Positions 9,236 through 13,075 of a DNA stretch of 13,075 nt are shown piece after piece. A program made the position numbers and the translations under genes. The DNA lies in assembly GCA_052168235.1 (NCBI GenBank), contig JBQLZK010000113.1, positions 1-13,075 on the forward strand, in the 5' to 3' direction. The notes beneath the pieces were generated by a model. That model was not told where the DNA came from. It worked only from the letters and a program-made list of their open reading frames with translations, and searched no databases. This DNA is from Thainema sp. Its GTDB lineage: Bacteria > Cyanobacteriota > Cyanobacteriia > Phormidesmidales > Phormidesmidaceae. How positions within the stretch are numbered: the first letter of the stretch is position 1; every line of letters begins with the position of its first letter.

Positions 9236-11271
9236 GCAAACCGCTCGTCAACGTCCTGCTGATTGAGGACAATGTGGCAGAAGCTCGTCTGATCCAAGAA
9301 GTCCTCAAAGGAACGCCACGCAGCCGCTTTGTCCTGTCCCACGCCAAGCGCTTGGGAGAAGCGATTGAGCGGCTCGGTGCTGATTCGTTTGACGTGGCAC
9401 TGCTGGATCTGACGCTGCCGGACAGTAGCGGCTTGGAGTCCCTGGATCGGCTGATTCGGGATGCGCCAACTCTGCCGATTGTGGTGTTAACGAACACCAA
9501 CGATGATGACTTAGCCGTGGAAGCGGTGCGGCACGGAGCGCAGGACTATCTGATGAAGCGGCAGATGAACCAAGAGCTACTGGTGCGATCGCTGCGCTAC
9601 GCGATTGAGCGCAAGCAAACCGCTGTAGCGCTGCGGCAGGCGAATGAGGCGCTGGAAGAGCGGGTGCAGGAGCGCACAGCCGAGTTAGAAACGGCCAACG
9701 AGCAACTGCGCCAAGAAGTCGTGCAGCGCCAGCGGGTTCAGGAACGGCTGACGTTGGCTCAAAAAGCAGCCAAAATGGGCGCGTTTGAGTGGGATATCCC
9801 CTCGGATCAAATTAGATGGGGCGTGGAATTAGAGAAGAGCGCAGCACAGACTACTGCTGATTCACTCGCATCCTTGAAATCCTCTGTATCAGGCAGCTTT
9901 GGCAACTATCAGAGCAAATGGATCTGGACACTGGATCCCAATGACTTAGAGCGAGTTGAACAGGAATTGCACCAAGCTGTCCAGTCCGGACAGGGGTTGA
10001 ATACAGAGTTTCGTATTTCTGATGATGCAGGCAAGGTGCGGTGGATTGCGATTCAAAGCAGCTTATTTACTAATGTAGCGGGCCATCCTCTACGGCTGCT
10101 GGGCATCTACATGGACATTACCGAGAAGAAGCACCTAGAAGAACAGTTCCTGCGGGCGCAACGGCTGGAAAGTTTAGGGACGCTTGCTAGCGGCATCGCT
10201 CATGATTTAAACAATATCCTAACCCCCATTCTACTAGCAGTCCAACTGCTACCTCGTATGATGCCCCATCTCAATGAACCAACTCGTCAACGGCTAGAAA
10301 TTCTAGAAAATAGCGCTCACCGAGGCGTTGATTTAGTGAAGCAAATTCTTGCGTTTGCCCGAGGAGTAGAGGGTAAGCGCTTCAGCCTGCAAGTTAGCCC
10401 GCTGCTGAAGGAAATTAACAAGTTAGTGCGGCAAACGCTGCCCAAGTCGATTGAAATTCAAGCTGACATTGATCCTAATCTGTGGACGGTGTCCGGCGAT
10501 GCGACTCAACTGCATCAGGTGTTTATGAATCTCTGCGTCAATGCCCGCGATGCGATGTCGAACGGTGGCACGTTGCAAATTACGGCAGAGAACAAGCTGG
10601 TGGATGAGCAGTTGGCTCAACTGCATTTAGAGGCACAGGTTGGACGCTACGTCCTAATCACCATCAGTGATACGGGCTCCGGCATTCCACCCGATATTCT
10701 GCATCGAATTTTCGACCCCTTTTTCACGACTAAAGAGGTTGGTAAGGGTACGGGACTAGGTCTATCAGCGGTTTTGGGAATTGTTAACAGCCACGGTGGC
10801 TTTATTGATGTCGTGAGCGAAGTAGGTAGTGGCAGCCAATTTAAGGTTTATTTACCAGCAACGGAGGAGGCTGTGCCCAAACCGATCGATTCCCTGGATC
10901 TACTGGCTGGACATGGCGAGTTAGTTTTAGTCGTAGATGATGAACCTGCTATCTGCGAGATTACCCAGACGACGCTCGAAGCCTACAATTATCGAGTAAT
11001 AACAGCTCAAGATGGCGCAGATGCGATCGCACTTTTAGCGGAGCATAAAGACGACGTTTACAGCGTCCTGATGGATTTAATGATGCCCAATATGGATGGC
11101 CTGTCAGCTATTCCAGTTATGCGCCGCATTAGTCCTAATCTACGAATCATTGCCACTAGTGGCTTAAACTCTACCGATGCTGCTGCCCAGGCCGAAAAGC
11201 TTGGCTTTCAAGGCTTTTTACCAAAACCTTTTGCGGCACAAGAATTACTACAAATTTTGAGATCAGAGTAG
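9196..11271 (+). CDS. Hybrid sensor histidine kinase (REC - coiled coil - PAS/PAC - HisKA - HATPase - REC)
   Basis: N-terminal REC (LLIEDN, LLDLTLPD), PAC motif (RWI...MDITEKK), H-box GIAHDLNNIL, N-box NLCVNARDAM, FDPFFTTK..GKGTGLGL, C-terminal REC (VVDDE, LMDLMMP, KP). The TTG 9196 start is uncertain. Confidence 0.93.
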   Translation: MVRDSQTTVQRPLGKPLVNVLLIEDNVAEARLIQEVLKGTPRSRFVLSHAKRLGEAIERLGADSFDVALLDLTLPDSSGLESLDRLIRDAPTLPIVVLTNTNDDDLAVEAVRHGAQDYLMKRQMNQELLVRSLRYAIERKQTAVALRQANEALEERVQERTAELETANEQLRQEVVQRQRVQERLTLAQKAAKMGAFEWDIPSDQIRWGVELEKSAAQTTADSLASLKSSVSGSFGNYQSKWIWTLDPNDLERVEQELHQAVQSGQGLNTEFRISDDAGKVRWIAIQSSLFTNVAGHPLRLLGIYMDITEKKHLEEQFLRAQRLESLGTLASGIAHDLNNILTPILLAVQLLPRMMPHLNEPTRQRLEILENSAHRGVDLVKQILAFARGVEGKRFSLQVSPLLKEINKLVRQTLPKSIEIQADIDPNLWTVSGDATQLHQVFMNLCVNARDAMSNGGTLQITAENKLVDEQLAQLHLEAQVGRYVLITISDTGSGIPPDILHRIFDPFFTTKEVGKGTGLGLSAVLGIVNSHGGFIDVVSEVGSGSQFKVYLPATEEAVPKPIDSLDLLAGHGELVLVVDDEPAICEITQTTLEAYNYRVITAQDGADAIALLAEHKDDVYSVLMDLMMPNMDGLSAIPVMRRISPNLRIIATSGLNSTDAAAQAEKLGFQGFLPKPFAAQELLQILRSE

Positions 11272-11289
11272 GGCAAATGGCATTCGTCT

Positions 11290-11649
11290 CTACGCAGGTC
11301 TTCTTTGAATCTGTTGGGTAGTGTCATCAAAACTGCGATCGCATCTTCGGTTTGCACGGTCTGATTGGCCTAAGCCGTAATTTCGGTAACAGTGCCAGAT
11401 GTGGGAGCCTGAATCATACGCAGGTCGCCAACTGGCCGAATGATGGCCGGAGCCTTGGCCGTGACGCTGTATTTGAATAAGCTCGCAAACGTCAACTCCC
11501 CCCCAAAGAGGCCGAGCAAGGCGATGCCGCCCAGTTTCGACCAGCGAGAAATGGGCGGCAAAAACGCGTCGGGGGTGACGGCTCGGAGTAGTATGGGCGG
11601 CTTAACGGTCACATCTGGAGAATCAAAAATTGATGAATGATCAGAACAT
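11290..11649 (-). pseudogene. Truncated HlyD-family membrane fusion protein of the cyanobacterial peptide-export (type I secretion) type
   Basis: FLPPISRW, a transmembrane segment, KYSVTAKAPAIIRPVGDLRMIQAPTSGTV. In-frame TAG at 11370-11372, after which similarity continues (ANQTVQTEDAIAV). A 1-nt frameshift at about 11329-11332 then gives DDTTQQIQ. The rest of the gene is missing. The start region is probably also frameshifted (ATG 11649 is out of frame with GTG 11612). Confidence 0.85.
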
Positions 11650-11838
11650 GAGGCTCATCGCCCAGGTTAAATGATCATAGGATTTCAGCTTAACTCGAAT
11701 ACGCTCATTGTTACCTCCCTGAAGATCGGCCTGAGTCTCTTCAGGAATTTCACACCATAAATTATTACTGGTGAGGCTGTTGCTGGCGCAGGATATTTGA
11801 TGATCTTTTATCTAACTATGTTGTGAATCTAATGTCAT
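11641..11838 (-). pseudogene. Double-glycine leader peptide gene 5 (core resembles ribosomal protein uS10 N-terminus), interrupted by an in-frame TAG
   Basis: Manual translation: MTLDSQHS*IKDHQISCASNSLTSNNLWCEIPEETQADLQGG|NNERIRVKLKSYDHLTWAMSLMF*. GGAG lies 8 nt before ATG 11838. TAG at 11812-11814. Confidence 0.75.
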
Positions 11839-11862
11839 TGATTTCACTCCCAAATATCGCGA

Positions 11863-12027
11863 TTAGATACCACTTTGTTGAGCAACGTGAGTTAGTTCAT
11901 GGGCTAGAAGACTGGATCCTCCAGAGAAAACTTGTGTCTCACAATCAGACAATTCAGTAAAATGCTTAGTCAGGTTTTCAAGATTAGAGCATTTATTTTG
12001 CTTATTTTGCTTATTTTGCTTATTCAT
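11863..12027 (-). CDS. Double-glycine leader peptide gene 4, 54 aa (core resembles the DUF4157 HExxH motif)
   Basis: Manual translation: MNKQNKQNKQNKCSNLENLTKHFTELSDCETQVFSGG|SSLLAHELTHVAQQSGI*. Intact ORF below the ORF-track size cutoff. Confidence 0.85.
   Translation of the reverse strand: MNKQNKQNKQNKCSNLENLTKHFTELSDCETQVFSGGSSLLAHELTHVAQQSGI
11993..12024. repeat. 9-bp tandem repeat (TTATTTTGC) x3.5 encoding NKQ repeats in the leader of peptide 4
   Basis: Copies at 11993, 12002 and 12011, plus a partial copy at 12020. Confidence 0.9.
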
Positions 12028-12163
12028 TGTTCTCAATTTAATTCGAGATCACCCAATCTGCGATCGCAGCCCCATCTCTAAACGATTCTGGAAGTGCGAT
12101 CGCAAACTCTAATTCAGGTTAAGACAGCCAGATCAAAAAACTGAATTTCAAACCTGGAGCTTA

Positions 12164-12318
12164 TCAAGTACCACCTTGTCCTGAACCATCACAAGGAAAC
12201 GAGTAGCCGAAATCTTTGCCTCCGCTAAGAGTTGATTGCGTATCGTTCGACAGCTCTTGCCAAAGTGATGGTTTAGTTAACAAGTGTTGGGGGAAGGCTT
12301 TGCAATATTACGTTTCAT
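12164..12318 (-). pseudogene. Double-glycine leader peptide gene 3 (core resembles the PsaB FX-binding loop), 1-nt frameshift in the leader
   Basis: Adding one base to the G5 run at 12289-12293 gives MKRNIAKPSPQHLLTKPSLWQELSNDTQSTLSGG|KDFGYSFPCDGSGQGGT*. As written, the ATG 12318 frame stops after 13 codons. An in-frame TTG could give a shorter leader. Confidence 0.8.
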
Positions 12319-12378
12319 AGGATTTTCCAGTTACAGCAAAGTGTCTGACGATAAAGGATACAGCTAGAGCTGCTAGTC

Positions 12379-12600
12379 TTACGCATCCACACGTCCGCGC
12401 AAAGTTGCAAGTTCCGCTGAAAACTCTTCTTGGAGCCGTTGGGTGTTACTGGTTGCTGCCGCAAAGAGGAAAATTACGCTGCCGCCTGAGATTGCTTCCG
12501 TTTCGTTTTCTGAAAGCTCTATTGCATCAAGGACAGGCAAAAGCTCGAGTTGATTTTGGTGTTTACCAGGTAAACCGTTTCTAAATTTTTTATTCTTCAT
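12379..12600 (-). CDS. Double-glycine leader peptide gene 2, 73 aa (core ends in an SLH-porin coiled-coil motif)
   Basis: MKNKKFRNGLPGKHQNQLELLPVLDAIELSENETEAISGG|SVIFLFAAATSNTQRLQEEFSAELATLRGRVDA*. AAGGAG (12607-12612) lies 6 nt before ATG 12600. Confidence 0.85.
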   Translation of the reverse strand: MKNKKFRNGLPGKHQNQLELLPVLDAIELSENETEAISGGSVIFLFAAATSNTQRLQEEFSAELATLRGRVDA

Positions 12601-12686
12601 GAGCATCTCCTTTCCCTCAAAAGGGAAACAGGCTGGAATAGAATTTATTCGACTAAATTGCAATTTTATGATCGCAAATTTATATA

Positions 12687-12863
12687 CTAAAACTCTCCTC
12701 TCGCATCTGCTTGGACAACAACCTTCGTGAAGGCATCAAACATTCCGCCTTGAATTCTGCTCTGAGTCGTTTCAGGAATATCTTGAAGGAATAATATTTT
12801 CTGAATTTGTAGATATTTAGAAGAAAGCTGTCTCATGTTTGGTTTGGTTTGAGTACAGGCCAT
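12687..12863 (-). CDS. Double-glycine leader peptide gene 1, 58 aa (core resembles the phycocyanin beta N-terminus)
   Basis: Manual translation: MACTQTKPNMRQLSSKYLQIQKILFLQDIPETTQSRIQGG|MFDAFTKVVVQADARGEF*. AAGAGG lies 7 nt before ATG 12863. Confidence 0.85.
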   Translation of the reverse strand: MACTQTKPNMRQLSSKYLQIQKILFLQDIPETTQSRIQGGMFDAFTKVVVQADARGEF

Positions 12864-12965
12864 TGATAAACCTCTTTATAGATGTACAAATGTAGTTGAT
12901 CTATGCAGGCTGGGTGAAACAGCAGATGACTAATAGACTTTATTGGAAGTAAAGTTTTTGGGGTT

Positions 12966-13012
12966 GGAAATTGTTTTGTAGCGCGGCGGAGCCGCGCTAC
13001 AAAACAATTTCC
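12966..13012. repeat. Perfect 22-bp inverted repeat with a 3-nt loop (REP-like / small dispersed repeat, or terminator-like hairpin)
   Basis: GGAAATTGTTTTGTAGCGCGGC-GGA-GCCGCGCTACAAAACAATTTCC. Confidence 0.85.
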
Positions 13013-13075
13013 GATAAGGTCTATAGCGGTTCTCATTCGAATGAGGTACAGTAGCAGTCGTTTATGAACCAGTTG

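Larger units (their letters stand above)
112..12103. repeat. HIP1 octamer GCGATCGC, at least 16 dispersed copies
   Basis: Copies start at 112, 1037, 2333, 2960, 3081, 4446, 4746, 4782, 6369, 8777, 8954, 9585, 11023, 11335, 12060 and 12096. HIP1 is characteristic of many cyanobacterial genomes. Confidence 0.95.

Noticed and set aside
6514..11271. FaRLiP rfpABC regulatory cluster
   Set aside because: The phytochrome has an N-terminal PAS domain (knotted Cph1 type, unlike knotless RfpA), and there is no RfpB-like DNA-binding regulator or far-red photosystem paralog.
262..11640. Short antisense or alternate-frame ORFs in the track (e.g. 262-486, 2097-2321, 2624-2938, 4716-4991, 7540-7866, 9168-9500, 11440-11640)
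   Set aside because: They are shadows of well-supported genes and have no motifs. 4716-4991 is not AzlD-like.
11685..11718. Strong SD-like GGAGGT followed by a 7-codon ORF (MSVFELS) on the minus strand
   Set aside because: The GGAGGT is the Gly-Gly codon pair of peptide 5, and there is no independent support for the mini-ORF.
11370..11814. Amber (TAG) recoding, since two adjacent genes have in-frame TAG
   Set aside because: TAG is a normal stop elsewhere in the window (870, 9235, 11271, 12687), and hlyD is also frameshifted and truncated. Decay is the simpler explanation.
12601..12663. N-terminal extension of the 94-aa ORF in the track
   Set aside because: The SD position favours ATG 12600, giving a 40-aa leader like the other genes.
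11644..12743. Cores as pseudogene debris of cpcB, psaB, a porin gene or rpsJ
   Set aside because: Similarity is confined between the GG site and the stop codon. Upstream residues form a shared leader rather than the source protein, and five different sources occupy the same slot.
11641..12863. CRISPR array or integron cassette array
   Set aside because: There are no conserved nucleotide repeats or attC-like sites between units; the conservation is at the protein (leader) level only.
12833..13036. 67-aa minus-strand ORF
   Set aside because: It runs through the hairpin and repeat, overlaps the start of peptide gene 1 in another frame, and has no recognisable motif.

Overview
This is a cyanobacterial genomic window (at least 16 HIP1 GCGATCGC sites). 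Positions 1-11271 hold recognisable genes: a SAM methyltransferase, an aldehyde-dehydrogenase-fold protein with altered catalytic residues, a VOC/glyoxalase protein, a repeat-containing hypothetical protein, an orphan azlC, an atypical Rcp1-like receiver, and a cph1-rcp1-hybrid kinase phytochrome cluster. The main result is at 11290-12863 on the minus strand, mostly missed by the ORF track. It is a tandem array of five small genes with a double-glycine leader ([ED]-[LI]-[SP]-x6-[ILF]-[SQ]-G-G), directly upstream of a decayed HlyD-family secretion adaptor. After the GG site, each core reproduces a short conserved segment of a different, unrelated protein: the phycocyanin beta N-terminus (MFDAFTKVVVQADARGEF), the cyanobacterial SLH-porin coiled coil (QRLQEEFSAELATLRGRVDA), the PsaB FX loop (KDFGYSFPCDGSGQGGT), the DUF4157 HExxH motif (LLAHELTHVAQQ) and ribosomal protein uS10 (RIRVKLKSYDH). 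This looks like a secreted library of protein-mimic peptides, partly decaying in this strain. All family assignments are from remembered motifs; no database search was run.
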